Positions 1 through 9,549 of a stretch of DNA of 64,000 nucleotides are shown piece after piece; the stretch's first letter is position 1; each line of letters starts with the position of its first letter. Origin of the DNA: an uncultured Solirubrobacterales bacterium (lineage in GTDB: Bacteria; Actinomycetota; Thermoleophilia; Solirubrobacterales; 70-9). Both the position numbers and the translations under genes were made by a program. The notes beneath the pieces were generated by a model. That model was not told where the DNA came from and did no database searches. It saw nothing but the letters and a program-made list of their open reading frames with translations. The stretch lies in contig CAVXGF010000005.1 in NCBI GenBank assembly GCA_963761215.1, positions 353,127-417,126 on the forward strand, given 5' to 3'.

Positions 1-496
1 GACCACGGCTTCGGCGCCGGCGACGTTGAGCAGCGTCTCGTTCATGCCGGCGAACGAGGCCGACTCGGTGTCCTCGGCGGTGGCCGAGGAGCGCACCGCG
101 ACCGCCGGCTCCGCTCCGTCGCCGCCGAGCTCGGCGTAGGCGGCGAGGATCGCCTCGGCGATGCCCTCGGGGAGCGGCGCGGCTTCGACCTCGGCGCGCA
201 GCTCCTCCGCCGCCGCCTCCAGCGCCCTCGTGTCCTCGACGTCGAGCGCGCCGAGGCGCTCGGCGATCCGCTCGCCGAGCCCGTCGGCCGCGCAGAGCGC
301 GGCGAAGGCCGGCGCGCCGACGACGAACCCGGGCGGGACCGGCAGCGCCGGCCGCGGTCAGCTCGCCGAGGTTGGCGCCCTTGCCGCCGGCGAAGTCGAT
401 GTCGGCGCGGCGCAGCGCGCCGAACCCGCGCACGTAGCGGCCGTCCTCGCCCGCCTCCCGTGACGAGGCCCGGGCCTCGGTCCCCGCCGGGCTCAC
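1..496 (-). CDS. PEP-utilising enzyme (PEP synthase / pyruvate phosphate dikinase-like), N-terminal part; runs off the left edge; one frame change near 345
   Basis: Own minus-strand translation from GTG at 496 gives ...GRYVRGFGALRRADIDFAGGKGANLGELTAAG. After one frame change it continues LPVPPGFVVGAPAFAALCAADGLGERI...SSATAEDTESASFAGMNETLLNV, the ATP-grasp N-domain signature. GTGA start/stop overlap with the upstream gene. Absent from the ORF track because it has no stop in the window. Confidence 0.7.
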   Translation of the reverse strand, partial: MSPAGTEARASSREAGEDGRYVRGFGALRRADIDFAGGKGANLGELTAAGAAGPARVRRRRAGLRRALRGRRARRADRRAPRRARRRGHEGAGGGGGGAARRGRSRAAPRGHRRGDPRRLRRARRRRSGAGGRGALLGHRRGHRVGLVRRHERDAAQRRRRRSRG

Positions 497-1333
497 GGCC
501 GCCTCACCACGAGCAGCGGGCAGGCCGCGCCGTGCGCGACCCGGCGCGAGACCGAGCCGAGCAGGACCCGGGCCACGGGGCCGTAGCCACGCGAGCCGAG
601 GACGAGCAGGTCGGCCTCCTCGCTGGCCTCCGCGAGCAGCGCGGCGGGGTCGCCGTCGAGGCGGGTGCGCGTCGCCTCGATCGCGGGGTCGATCGAGGCC
701 AGCGCCTCCTCCATCACCCGTTCCGGCTCGGGCGGGTAGGAGGGCAGCGCCGCGGTCACGACCAACGCCGGCGCGGCGACGGCCGGGTGGACGACGGTGA
801 GGATCTCGATCGCGGCTCCGTAGCGCCGGGCCAGCCCCTGGGCGCGCTCCAGCGCGGCCTTCGCCTCGCGGGAGCCGTCGTAGCCGACGGCGATCCGCCG
901 CGGCGGGGCGTGCTCGGCCTCGGCATAGCCCTTGGGGGCGATCGCGACGTCGATCGGCGCCCCGTTGAGGAGGCTGTCGGCGACGCTGCCGAGCACCACG
1001 CGACCGATCGCACCCCGGTGCGCGGAGCCGACGACGACGGTGTCGCAGCCTTCCTCTTCGGCAAGCGTGGTCAGGACCGCGGCCGCGGACCCGCCGCCGT
1101 AGGCGCGGGTCTCCAGCTCGAGCCCCACGAGCTTCTCGCGGGCGGCCTCGAACAGCGGCGCTCGCCTCCTCGGTTTCCTCTTCGGGCAGCAGCGCGTAGG
1201 GAAACGGCAGCGGCCCGGTGAAGAGAACGGTGACGAGGAGCGCGCTCGAGGGCTCGCCCGCCGCGAGCCCGCGGGCGAGCTCGAGCGCGTCCCTTCCCCC
1301 CTCCCGCTTGTCGATGCCGATCAGCAGACGCAT
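493..1333 (-). CDS. universal stress protein, tandem USP domains; one frame change near 1135
   Basis: ORF 493-1128 carries USP motifs: VVVGSAHRGAIGRVVLGSVA and LLVLGSRGYGPVARVLLGSVSRRVAHGAACPLLVV. The first domain (MRLLIGIDKREGGRDALELARGLA...) starts at ATG 1333 in another frame. Confidence 0.75.
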
Positions 1334-1337
1334 CGCG

Positions 1338-1790
1338 TCAGGAGCCCTTGGCGGTCGGCTTGATCTCGACCGCCCCGCGCTCCTCGCGCTCGGGCAGCGG
1401 AATCGTGACCTCGAGCACGCCATTCTCCGTGGTCGCGTCGATGTCGGCGGACTTGACCCCGCGCGGCAGCGTCATCGAACGCGAGAAGGAGCCGTAGCGG
1501 CGCTCGCGGCGCACGAAGGATCCCTTCTCCTGCTCCTCGGTCTTCTCCTCGTGCTCGCCGGCGATCGTCAGCACGCCGTCCTCGACGCTGATCGTCACCT
1601 CGTCGGGCTCGATTCCCGGCAGGTCGGCGCGCAGCACGATCTCCCGCTCGCGGCGGACGACGTCGACCGAGGGCGCCCAGTCCTGGCCGAGGCCCTCGCC
1701 CACCCCCATGTCGCGCAGCATCTGGTCCACCCGGTGGCGCATCTCCGTGAAGTCCGGGAACGCCCGTCGCTCTACCAGCTCGCTTGCCAT
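1338..1790 (-). CDS. Hsp20/alpha-crystallin small heat-shock protein
   Basis: 150-aa ORF with an alpha-crystallin core: WAPSVDVVRREREIVLRADLPGIEPDEVTISVEDGVLTIAGEH...GSFSRSMTLPRGV...NGVLEVTIP. Confidence 0.9.
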   Translation of the reverse strand: MASELVERRAFPDFTEMRHRVDQMLRDMGVGEGLGQDWAPSVDVVRREREIVLRADLPGIEPDEVTISVEDGVLTIAGEHEEKTEEQEKGSFVRRERRYGSFSRSMTLPRGVKSADIDATTENGVLEVTIPLPEREERGAVEIKPTAKGS

Positions 1791-1927
1791 CTAAAAGCCT
1801 CCTTCTCGGTGCGGACTCGGCTCGAATCTAGGTCGGCTCCGCGTGGCCGGCATCCGGGAAAGGCCACAGCCGGCGCACGGCGGGTCCACGATGAGAAGCG
1901 GACGCACGAGGCGGAGGATAGAGCCCG

Positions 1928-3070
1928 ATGGGAATCAGGAGCATCCGAGTCGGGCGGCTGGCCGGGATCCCGGTCGGGATCCAGCCCCTCTGGCTGGCGA
2001 TCGTGGCCTTGATCACCTGGTCGCTGGGCGCCGTCTACTACCCCGACCAGGCTCCCGGCCTCTCGGCGCCGGTCGCCTACGGCCTCGGCCTGGCGAGTGC
2101 CCTGCTGCTGTTCGCGAGCATCGTCCTGCACGAGCTCGGGCACGCCGTCGTCGCCCGCCGCCACGGCGTCGCGATCGAAGAGATCGACCTCTGGCTGCTC
2201 GGCGGCGTGGCCCGCATGTCCGGCTATCCCAAGACGGCGACCGACGAGCTGCGCTTTGCCCTCGCGGGGCCGGCGGTGACGCTGGCAATCGCGCTCGGGT
2301 TCGGCGCCCTCGCGCTCGCCCTTCCCGGCTCTACGCCCGCCGCCCTGCGCGCCCTCGTCGAGTACCAGCTGCTCGTCAACGCGGCGATCCTCGCCTTCAA
2401 CCTGCTCCCCGCCTTCCCCTTGGACGGCGGCCGGGTCGCGCGGGCGCTGCTCTGGTGGCGTCGCGGCGACCTGCTCGGGGCGACCTCGAGCGCCGCCTCG
2501 CTCGGGCGGGCGCTCGGCTACGGGATGATCGGCCTCGGCGTGCTCGCCACCCTGGCCGGCCTGCTCAACGGTCTCTGGCTGATCCTCGTGGGGTTGTTCG
2601 TGGCCCTCGCCGGCAAGGCCGAGGAGCACGGCCTGCTCGTGCACACCGCGCTCGGCGGGCGCGCCGCCGGCAGGCTCGCCGCCGTCCCCGCCGTCACCGT
2701 GCCCGCGCGCGCCAGCGTCGCCGAGGCGATCCGGGAGTACTTCGTGCCGCACCGCTTCTCCGCCTTCCCCGTGGTCGACGGGGAGGAGCTGGTCGGGCTG
2801 ATCGACCTCAACACGGTCGAGCGCGTCCCGCCCGGGCTTCGCGAGGGCACCGCGGTCGGCGAGGTCGCCCTGCGCGACCCCGAGCTCGTCGTCGGGGCCG
2901 ACCAGGACGTCGCCGAGCTGGTCGAGCGGCCTGCGTTCCAGCGCGTCGGCCGGGCCGTCGTGCGCACCCCCGACCGGCCCCTCGGCGTGATCTCGATCAC
3001 CGACGTGAACCGGGTCCTGCGGGCGCTCGAGTTGGGAGGCGAGCTGAGGGCTCGCCCCCGCTCGGCCTGA
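1928..3070 (+). CDS. site-2 protease family (peptidase M50) membrane metalloprotease with C-terminal CBS pair
   Basis: Intact 380-aa ORF. It has the HELGH zinc motif, NLLPAFPLDGGR, several TM helices and a CBS-like tail (...FSAFPVVDGEELVGLIDL...). Confidence 0.85.
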   Translation: MGIRSIRVGRLAGIPVGIQPLWLAIVALITWSLGAVYYPDQAPGLSAPVAYGLGLASALLLFASIVLHELGHAVVARRHGVAIEEIDLWLLGGVARMSGYPKTATDELRFALAGPAVTLAIALGFGALALALPGSTPAALRALVEYQLLVNAAILAFNLLPAFPLDGGRVARALLWWRRGDLLGATSSAASLGRALGYGMIGLGVLATLAGLLNGLWLILVGLFVALAGKAEEHGLLVHTALGGRAAGRLAAVPAVTVPARASVAEAIREYFVPHRFSAFPVVDGEELVGLIDLNTVERVPPGLREGTAVGEVALRDPELVVGADQDVAELVERPAFQRVGRAVVRTPDRPLGVISITDVNRVLRALELGGELRARPRSA

Positions 3071-3612
3071 TCCCGCCGGCGAGGAAGGCGAGCGCGACCA
3101 GCATCGCGATCTGCAGCGCGAGCCCGAGCGGCGAGGTGAGGGCGTCGAGCGCGACCCCGCCGAGGCTGTGCTCGGCGACGCTGGCGACGCCGACGTAGAT
3201 CGAGTAGGAGACGAGGCGGCCGGCGAAGAACGCCGCGGTGAGCGGCAACAGCGGCACGGTCATCAGGCCGGCCGCGGTGAAGAGCTGGCCCGAAGGCACC
3301 GGCGAGAGCGCGAACAGGCCGAGGCCGAGGAGCGCCCGGCCGCGGTCGCGCACGAGCGTCGCCTGCACGCGGGCGAGGTGGGCCAGCCGCTCGGGAGAGA
3401 AGCGGGGGCGAAGGCGCCGGGCGCCGTTCGCGAGCACGAACCTCCCCGGTCGCGGCGGCCAGCGCCCCGCCGGCGACCAGGGGCACCGCCGGCAGGTCGA
3501 AGTCGAGGCTGAAGAAGACGAGCACGGCCCAGGTCGGCGGTCCGAAGGCGGGCAGCAGGTTGACCGCGAAGACGACGCCGACCGCGATCCCGAGTTGGGC
3601 GACGGTGGACAA
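2997..3612 (-). CDS. DedA/YqaA-like (VTT-domain) membrane protein; one frame change near 3447
   Basis: MSTVAQLGIAVGVVFAVNLLPAFGPPTWAVLVFF... joins RFVLANGARRLRPRFSPERL...LFALSPVPSGQLFTAAGLMTVPLLPLTAAFFAGRLVSYSIYV if one G of a GGGG run is removed. The 3' end overlaps the convergent M50 gene and is uncertain. Confidence 0.5.
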
Positions 3613-3938
3613 CCCGACGCCTCAACCCCGAAGAGCCCCGAAGCCCATTCGAGGGATCCTAGGCGGCAGCCGCGCCGGCGCGCATCGGGAGAACGCCGCA
3701 CCACCGCCGGGGGGCTGCTCGGATGGCGCGCGGCCCGGGCTCCGGCAGAGTTGGCGAAGGAGACGAATCGGAGGAAGATTGAAGGCCAAGCAAGACGATC
3801 TGCGCGACTCGGTCGAGGAGGCCGTGAGGGTTCTGCGTGACCGCGGCCGTCGGTTGACGGGCATCCCCGCAAGGACCGCGACGACCACGGCGAGGAAAAT
3901 CGAGGCGATCGTGCGGCAACGGCGCAAAGGAGCGATGC

Positions 3939-5080
3939 ATGAAGCAAGACCAGGTACTGATCGTCGGCGGCGGGGTGGCCGCGATCGAGGCGGCGCTCGC
4001 CCTCCGGGACCTCTGCGGGGAACGCGCGAGCGTCGAGATCTTCTCTCCGGGCCATGACTTCGTCTACCGGCCCTACGCGGTCGGCGAGCCCTACGGCACC
4101 GCTCGGGTCGCGAGGTACGACCTGGCGAGCCTCGCTGCCCGCGTCCGCGCAGACTTCCACCCGGCGAGCATCTCCTCCGTCGACACCGAGCATCGGGAGG
4201 CGGTGACGCACGACGGCGATCGCCACGGCTACGACCACCTGATCCTCGCCCCGGGCGTGAACCACCTCTGGCCCGTGCCGGGCGCGATCACCTTCTGGGG
4301 CATCGCCGACGAACTCGGGGTGCGGGACGTGCTCCGGGCGGTGCACGGGGGCGAGGTCGAGAGCCTCGCGTTCACCATGCCGGGGGCCGCGAGCTGGGCC
4401 CTGCCCCTGTACGAGCTGGCGCTGCTGGCCCGGCGCGAGCTGCGCGACGCCGGGCCCGCGGAAGTGAAGCTGACCGTCGTCACGCCGGAGGACTCTCCCC
4501 TGCAGATCTTCGGGCGCGCCGCCAGCGAGGGGGTGGCGAAGCTCCTCGCCGAGCACGCGATCGAGGTGATCGCGGGCCGGCGCCCGGTCCGCTTCGAGCC
4601 GGGCCGGCTCGCTCACCGTGCCCGGCGAGTTCGTCGAGGTCGACGCCGCGGTCAGCATGCCGATACTCGAGGGGCGCCGGATCAACGGCGTCCCCCACGA
4701 CGCGGCCGGCTTCATCCGCATCGACGAGCACTGCCGGGTGCTCGAGCACGAGCGCATCTTCGCCGCCGGCGACGTCACCAGCTTCCCGGTCAAGGCGGGT
4801 GGGATCGCGACCCAGCAGGCGGACGTGATCGCCGAAGCGATCGCCGCCGAGCTCGGCGCCGAGCTCGAGCCGCAGCCGTTCGACCCGGTGCTGCGCGCCG
4901 AGCTGTGGACCGGCGAGGAGCCGCTCTACCTGGAGGGCTGGATCGGCGGCGGCCACGGCGAAAGCCTCCTCGCTCTCGAGCGAGCCCCCCTGGGGCCCGA
5001 GCAAGGGGAAGATCGTCGGGCGCTACCTCTCCGACTTCCTCGCCGAGGTCGAGGAGGCGGGGCCGGCCCCGACCGCCTAG
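3939..5080 (+). CDS. FAD-dependent pyridine-nucleotide-disulfide oxidoreductase, sulfide:quinone reductase-like; two frame changes (near 4610 and 4995)
   Basis: The N-terminus VLIVGGGVAAIEAAL is a GxGxxA FAD fold. The second dinucleotide-like site is FTMPGAASWALPLYELALL. The ERIFAAGDVTSFPVKAGGIATQQAD motif lies in the 4618 frame. The C-terminus ...WGPSKGKIVGRYLSDFLAEVEEAGPAPTA lies in a third frame and ends at TAG 5078-5080. Confidence 0.6.
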
Positions 5081-5084
5081 AGGC

Positions 5085-5672
5085 TCAGAGCACGCTCGCC
5101 GGCGGGACGCCCCCGCGCGGGGCCGGCGCGGGCCGGCCCGAGGGCTCGAACGCGCGCCCGAGCCAGCGCAGCGCGAGCAGGGCGCCGGCAGGGAGCACGA
5201 GCGCCGCCGAGGCAGCGAGGAACCAGAGCTGGGCGGCGTCGCTGCCGGCGCCGATCGTGTGCGCGATCGCGGCCACCCAGAAGACCGCGGTGAGGCGGTG
5301 CAGGCGGCGCCAGCGCGTCGGGCCGATGCGCTCTCGCATGTAGTAGGTGAGGCCGAGCACCGCGAGCCCGTACCCGGCGAGGATGCCGAGCGCGGTCCAC
5401 ACCTGCCGGTAGAAGCTGACGAAGGGCACGACGATGCCGGTCAGGCCGGGGTTGAGGTACGCGTCGCCGAGCAGCGCCACGCCGTGCACGCCGACCATCG
5501 CCAGCGTCATCAGCGAGAGCGACTCGTGGATCGCCCTCAGGTCGCGCTTGTTCGCGCCCTTGCGGTTCGAGCTCATCATCAGGCCGACCGCGACGCTGGC
5601 GCTGGCCAGGAGCAGCGCCGCGCCGCCGGCCGCGCGGCTGGTGATCCAGAAGAGGTGGGGCCCGACGTTCAC
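5085..5672 (-). CDS. ferric-reductase-like transmembrane (di-heme b, MsrQ/YedZ-like) protein
   Basis: C-terminal 195 codons of ORF 5085-6587, starting from GTG 5672: VNVGPHLFWITSRAAG...IHESLSLMTLAMVGVHGV...AIAHTI. It has multiple TM helices with conserved His. GTGA overlap with the apbE stop. Confidence 0.6.
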   Translation of the reverse strand: MNVGPHLFWITSRAAGGAALLLASASVAVGLMMSSNRKGANKRDLRAIHESLSLMTLAMVGVHGVALLGDAYLNPGLTGIVVPFVSFYRQVWTALGILAGYGLAVLGLTYYMRERIGPTRWRRLHRLTAVFWVAAIAHTIGAGSDAAQLWFLAASAALVLPAGALLALRWLGRAFEPSGRPAPAPRGGVPPASVL

Positions 5673-6616
5673 GAGACGAGCTCCGTCACGCGGGCCTGCT
5701 CGGGGCGCGGATCGACCACGACGACCCCGCCTTCTTCGAGCACCAGGACCCCGCCGTGGGGCAGCCGGCCGGGGGCGCGCTCGGGGCCCGAGAGCAGCGC
5801 CGCCTTGGCGTGGACCTCGGCGAGCAGCGCCGTCTTGGCCACCGCGGTCGCCTGGACGACCCCGGTGAAGGCGGGCTCGCCGGTGCAGGGGTCGAGGATC
5901 TGGTGGGCGGCGCGCGCGCCCGGCCCGGTCCAGGAGCGACGGGTGATCCCGCTCGTGGCGACGCCGCCGTCGGTGAGCGCCAGCTCGTGCAGCGGCGCGC
6001 CGCCGAAGGGGTCCTCGACCAGCACCGCCCGCGGCCGCCCGGCGCTGCCGCCGACGCGGACGTCGCCGCAGCAGTCGACCGCGAACGCCGGAGCCTCGGC
6101 GAGCGATTCGGCGACCAGGTCGGCGAGCATGCCCTTGGCGAGGCCGCCGCCGTCGAGCTTGACTCCCGGCGGGCGGATCACGGTCCCGGCCTCTTCGTCG
6201 ACCGCGAAGGTCGACCAGCGCGCCTCGGGCGCCGGCCGGGCCGGCCCGGTGCGCGCGCCGGGGCCCGGCGAGGCGGCCGGCGAGGAGTCGAGATCGATCG
6301 AGCGGGCGTACCCGGCCCGCTCGATCTGCTCGAGCAGGGTGGCGTCGACCAGGCCGCCGCTGGCGCGCCCCGCGGTTCCCGCGGCCGCGACCAGGCGCCG
6401 CAGCAGGGGCGAGGCGGGAACCTCGCGGCGCGGGTCGCGGTTCAGGGCGCTGAGCTCGCTCTCGGGGTCGAAGCGGGAGAGCCGGCGGTGGGCGTCGAGC
6501 AGGAGCTCGCGCGAGCGGGCGAGCAGCGCTCGCGCACGGGCGGCGTCGGCGCAGGCCAGGCGCACCGAGACCCAGCCTCCGAAGCACTCGAACCGCAGCT
6601 GCGCTTCGCTGCTCAC
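5669..6616 (-). CDS. apbE: FAD:protein FMN transferase (ApbE family)
   Basis: Read from GTG 6616: ...LSRFDPESELSALN...GGLVDATL...VKLDGGGLAKGMLADLVAE...VDCCGDVRV...GVATSGI..R.W...HQILDPCTGEP. No N-terminal signal peptide or lipobox is visible. Confidence 0.75.
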   Translation of the reverse strand: MSSEAQLRFECFGGWVSVRLACADAARARALLARSRELLLDAHRRLSRFDPESELSALNRDPRREVPASPLLRRLVAAAGTAGRASGGLVDATLLEQIERAGYARSIDLDSSPAASPGPGARTGPARPAPEARWSTFAVDEEAGTVIRPPGVKLDGGGLAKGMLADLVAESLAEAPAFAVDCCGDVRVGGSAGRPRAVLVEDPFGGAPLHELALTDGGVATSGITRRSWTGPGARAAHQILDPCTGEPAFTGVVQATAVAKTALLAEVHAKAALLSGPERAPGRLPHGGVLVLEEGGVVVVDPRPEQARVTELVS

Positions 6617-7059
6617 GACTGGCCGGTGATGACCGGTTCGGGTTCGACCAGGATTTCCGGTTCGACCGATTCGGATTCGACGAATTCGGTTTCCGGCGCC
6701 TGTGGCCCGAGCAGTTCGGCTTCCTCTTCGGCGGCTTCGAGCTCTTCCTCTTCGAGCCTTTCGGCTTCGGGTTCGGTGCGCGATTCCGCTTCGCCGCCGC
6801 TCGTGCCTTCGCTCCGCGTGCGCGCCGCCGAGGAGCTCAGCGCGGTGGCCTTTTCGCTCAGCACGGGATCGTTGCCGGTGGCCATCTGGGTGAAGACGAT
6901 CGCCCAGAGCAGCGCGAAGCCGACCAGCGAGATTGCCACGACGCGCCCCCGCAGCTCGCCGGCGCGGCGGCGCTGGGCGCGCAGCCTCCGCCACGCCTCC
7001 CGTTTGCGTTCCTGCCTTTCAGTCGTGTCCATCGGCGATACCTTCCCTCCCTGGTTCAA
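6613..7059 (-). CDS. small single-pass membrane protein with a basic N-terminus and a strongly acidic C-terminal tail (hypothetical)
   Basis: 148-aa ORF; the start may be the internal ATG at 7032. Sequence runs RRLRAQRRRAGELRGR, then TM VVAISLVGFALLWAIVF, then a Glu-rich tail ending ...EPEPVITGQS. Its stop overlaps the apbE start (GTGA). Confidence 0.5.
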   Translation of the reverse strand: MNQGGKVSPMDTTERQERKREAWRRLRAQRRRAGELRGRVVAISLVGFALLWAIVFTQMATGNDPVLSEKATALSSSAARTRSEGTSGGEAESRTEPEAERLEEEELEAAEEEAELLGPQAPETEFVESESVEPEILVEPEPVITGQS

Positions 7060-7066
7060 ACCCCTG

Positions 7067-7684
7067 CTAAGAGTTTCCTTGGAACTTTCTTAGAGCCACG
7101 AGCCCGCAGCCGGGAACGTGAGCACGGCCAACGCGCACCCCCAGCGCGATCGCGCCGCCCAGCGCCAGGGCCCTGCCCCCCGCCCCCGCCAGCCTCGCCT
7201 CGCGCGGGCCGCGGCGGCGCCAGTCGGCGAAGCCCAGCTGCGGCACCTCGAGCAGGTGGCCGAGCACGTGCACGCTCATCAGCGCGAACCAGGCGATGAA
7301 GCTCGCCTTGTGGGCGAAGACGAGGGTGTTGCTGGGACGGCCGGCGAAGAGCAGGGCGACGCCGGTGCCGAACAGGGCCACCGTGGTGAGCACGACGCCC
7401 GGCGCGAGCACGCGCAGCCCGATCGGCGGCGGGCCTTTGCGCACGTAGGCCTGATCGTCGGTGTAGTAGCGGGCGAAGCGGTACCCGGTGCTCCCCATCT
7501 TCAGCAGCACCGGCCCGATCAGCAGCATGCCGATGAAGATGTGGGGCCCGAGCAGAGGGCCGATGAAGGGGATCGTCAGGCCCTCGGCCGCGAGCAGCAC
7601 GAGCAGCGCCGCGGCCACGGCCCCGGTCAGGCGGGCGTTGCCCGCGACGCCATCGCTGATCGCCACCTCCTGGGGCTTGTACAT
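7067..7684 (-). CDS. polytopic membrane protein with conserved His in TM helices (possible b-type cytochrome; hypothetical)
   Basis: 205-aa ORF with 4-5 hydrophobic helices (GPHIFIGMLLIGPVLL, AHKASFIAWFALMSVHVLGHLL). It is co-directional with the 6613-5085 genes and 7 nt from them. Confidence 0.45.
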   Translation of the reverse strand: MYKPQEVAISDGVAGNARLTGAVAAALLVLLAAEGLTIPFIGPLLGPHIFIGMLLIGPVLLKMGSTGYRFARYYTDDQAYVRKGPPPIGLRVLAPGVVLTTVALFGTGVALLFAGRPSNTLVFAHKASFIAWFALMSVHVLGHLLEVPQLGFADWRRRGPREARLAGAGGRALALGGAIALGVRVGRAHVPGCGLVALRKFQGNS

Positions 7685-7717
7685 GCGGCGATGATCGGCG
7701 CGCCGCTTTGGCCGCGT

Positions 7718-8869
7718 CTAAGCGTTCGGTGAGAGATCTCTCATGCCCGCCGGCTCAAAGCGCGGCAGCTCGAAGCTGATGCGGGCGCCGCCCAGCGGCG
7801 AGTCCTCAGCCCAGATGCGGCCGCCGTGCAGCTCGACGATCGAGCGCGAGATCGCCAGGCCGAGGCCGCTGCCGCCCGAGCCGCGGTCGCGCGCCGCCTC
7901 GCTGCGATGGAAGCGGTCGAAGACGCGCTCGCGCTCGGCCCTGGGGATGCCGGGCCCGTCGTCGTCGACGCTGACGATCAGGGCGCGCCCGCGCCCGCGG
8001 GCGGAGAGCGCGACGCGGCCGGCGGGCCCGGCGTGGCGGCGCGCGTTCTCGACCAGGTTGCGGACGACCTGCGCGATCAGGTCGGGGTCGGCCTCGACGG
8101 TCCCGGCCGGGAGCGGCCGCTCGAGCTCGCAGCGCGAGCTCGAGTCGACCAGGTCGCGCAGCAGCGGCGCGACCTCGAGCGCGCGCGCGTCGAGCCGCTC
8201 CCCCTCGTCCAGGCGGGCGAGCGAGAGCAGGTCCTCGACCAGCCGTTCGACCCTGCCCAGTTCGGCCATGGTCAGCTCCTCGACCCGCCGCACCTCGGCC
8301 GGCGAGGGCCGCTCGGCGCGTGCCAGGACTTCGAGCTGGCCGCGGATCGCGGTCAGCGGGCTGCGCAGCTCGTGCGAGGCGTCGGAGACGAACTCGCGCT
8401 GGCGGGCGAAGGCGCGGTCGAGCCGCTCGAGCATGTGGTTGAAGGTGACCGCCAGGGTCTGCAGCTCGGCCGGGGAGGCCGGGTCGGGGTCCAGGCGCGG
8501 GGTCAGGTCGCCGGCGTCGATCCGCGCCGCGGTCGCCGCGTAACGGCGCAGCGGCGCGGCCGCGCGCGCCGCCACCAGGTAGCCGGCGAGCAGCGCCGCG
8601 AGCAGGCCGGCCGCGCCGACCAGCAGGAAGGTCTTCTCGACGTCGGACTGCGCGTCGGCGATCGGCGAGATCGAGGAGCCCTCGTCGTCCCGCGTGCCCG
8701 CGCCCGCGGCGGCGGACTCGCGCGCCTCCTCCCGCTTGATCACCGCCGACTCGCTCGACATCTCCGCCCGCACGGCGACGAAGACGACGACGAAGGCGAG
8801 CACGAGCACGGCGCCGATCGAGATCGCGAGCCTCCCGCGCAGGCCCAGGCGCGACCAGGCGCGCCTCAT
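7718..8869 (-). CDS. two-component sensor histidine kinase (TM-HAMP-HisKA-HATPase)
   Basis: Intact 383-aa ORF. H-box FVSDASHELRSPLT, N-box VRNLVENARRHA, G-boxes DDGPGIP and GSGGSGLGLAI. Confidence 0.9.
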   Translation of the reverse strand: MRRAWSRLGLRGRLAISIGAVLVLAFVVVFVAVRAEMSSESAVIKREEARESAAAGAGTRDDEGSSISPIADAQSDVEKTFLLVGAAGLLAALLAGYLVAARAAAPLRRYAATAARIDAGDLTPRLDPDPASPAELQTLAVTFNHMLERLDRAFARQREFVSDASHELRSPLTAIRGQLEVLARAERPSPAEVRRVEELTMAELGRVERLVEDLLSLARLDEGERLDARALEVAPLLRDLVDSSSRCELERPLPAGTVEADPDLIAQVVRNLVENARRHAGPAGRVALSARGRGRALIVSVDDDGPGIPRAERERVFDRFHRSEAARDRGSGGSGLGLAISRSIVELHGGRIWAEDSPLGGARISFELPRFEPAGMRDLSPNA

Positions 8870-9540
8870 CGCGACCCCCGCAGGCGGTAGCCGACCGAGC
8901 GGACCGTCTCGATCGGGAGCGGCGAGCCGGGCAGGGCGAGCTTGCGCCGCAGGTAGCCGACGTAGACCTGGACGACGTTGGTCCCGGGATCGTGCTTGTA
9001 GCCCCAGGCCCCGGAGAGGATCTCCTCGCGCGAGCAGACCCGGCCGGCGTTGCGCAGGAGGTAGGCGAGGAGCTCGGCCTCGCGCTCGGAGAGGCGAGCG
9101 GTCCGCTCGCCGCGCGTCGCCTCGCGGCTCAGCAGGTCGAGACGCACCCCGGCCGCCTCGAGTGTGGTGTCGGTGCCGCCCGAGGCCTCGCGCAGGCGGG
9201 CTCTGATCCGCGCCAGCAGCTCGTCGAAGGCAAACGGCTTGGTCACGTAGTCGGTCGCCCCCAGCTCCAGCCCCTCGACCCGGTCGGCGACCTCGGTCTT
9301 GGCGGTGAGGAAGATCACCGGCAGCGCGGGCCGCCGGGCCCTGATCGTCCCAAGCACCTCGATCCCGTCCATCCCCGGCAGCATCCGGTCGAGCACGACG
9401 AGGTCGACGTCGGGGTCGAGCGCCCGCCTGGCGCCCTCGGGGCCGTCCTCGCAGACGCTCACCCCGAACCCCTCCGCCTCCAGGCCCCGCCGCAGGAAGT
9501 CGGCGATTCCCGCCTCGTCCTCGACGACCAGGATCTTCAT
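8866..9540 (-). CDS. OmpR-family response regulator
   Basis: MKILVVEDE...DLVVLDRMLPGMDG...TAK...YVTKPF receiver domain plus a winged-helix output (...VQVYVGYLRRKL...IETVRSVGYRL). 4-nt overlap with the kinase. Confidence 0.9.
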   Translation of the reverse strand: MKILVVEDEAGIADFLRRGLEAEGFGVSVCEDGPEGARRALDPDVDLVVLDRMLPGMDGIEVLGTIRARRPALPVIFLTAKTEVADRVEGLELGATDYVTKPFAFDELLARIRARLREASGGTDTTLEAAGVRLDLLSREATRGERTARLSEREAELLAYLLRNAGRVCSREEILSGAWGYKHDPGTNVVQVYVGYLRRKLALPGSPLPIETVRSVGYRLRGSR

Positions 9541-9549
9541 GTGCCGATG

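Noticed and set aside
3939-5080. The FAD oxidoreductase as the rubredoxin reductase for the alkB system.
   Set aside because: Its motifs (HDFVYRPY..., PLYELALL, the C-terminal W.PSKGKIVGRYL) look like the sulfide:quinone-reductase-like subgroup rather than AlkT/RubB. It is on the opposite strand, 5 kb away.
6613-6640. The C-terminal ...PVITGQS of the small acidic-tailed protein as a flavinylation motif ([ST]GA[ST]-like), sitting right at the apbE start.
   Set aside because: The motif is degenerate (Q in place of A). It sits at the extreme C-terminus with no FMN_bind fold. By the positive-inside rule the tail should be extracytoplasmic, whereas this ApbE shows no export signal. This is too speculative to score as a finding, though mass spectrometry could test it.
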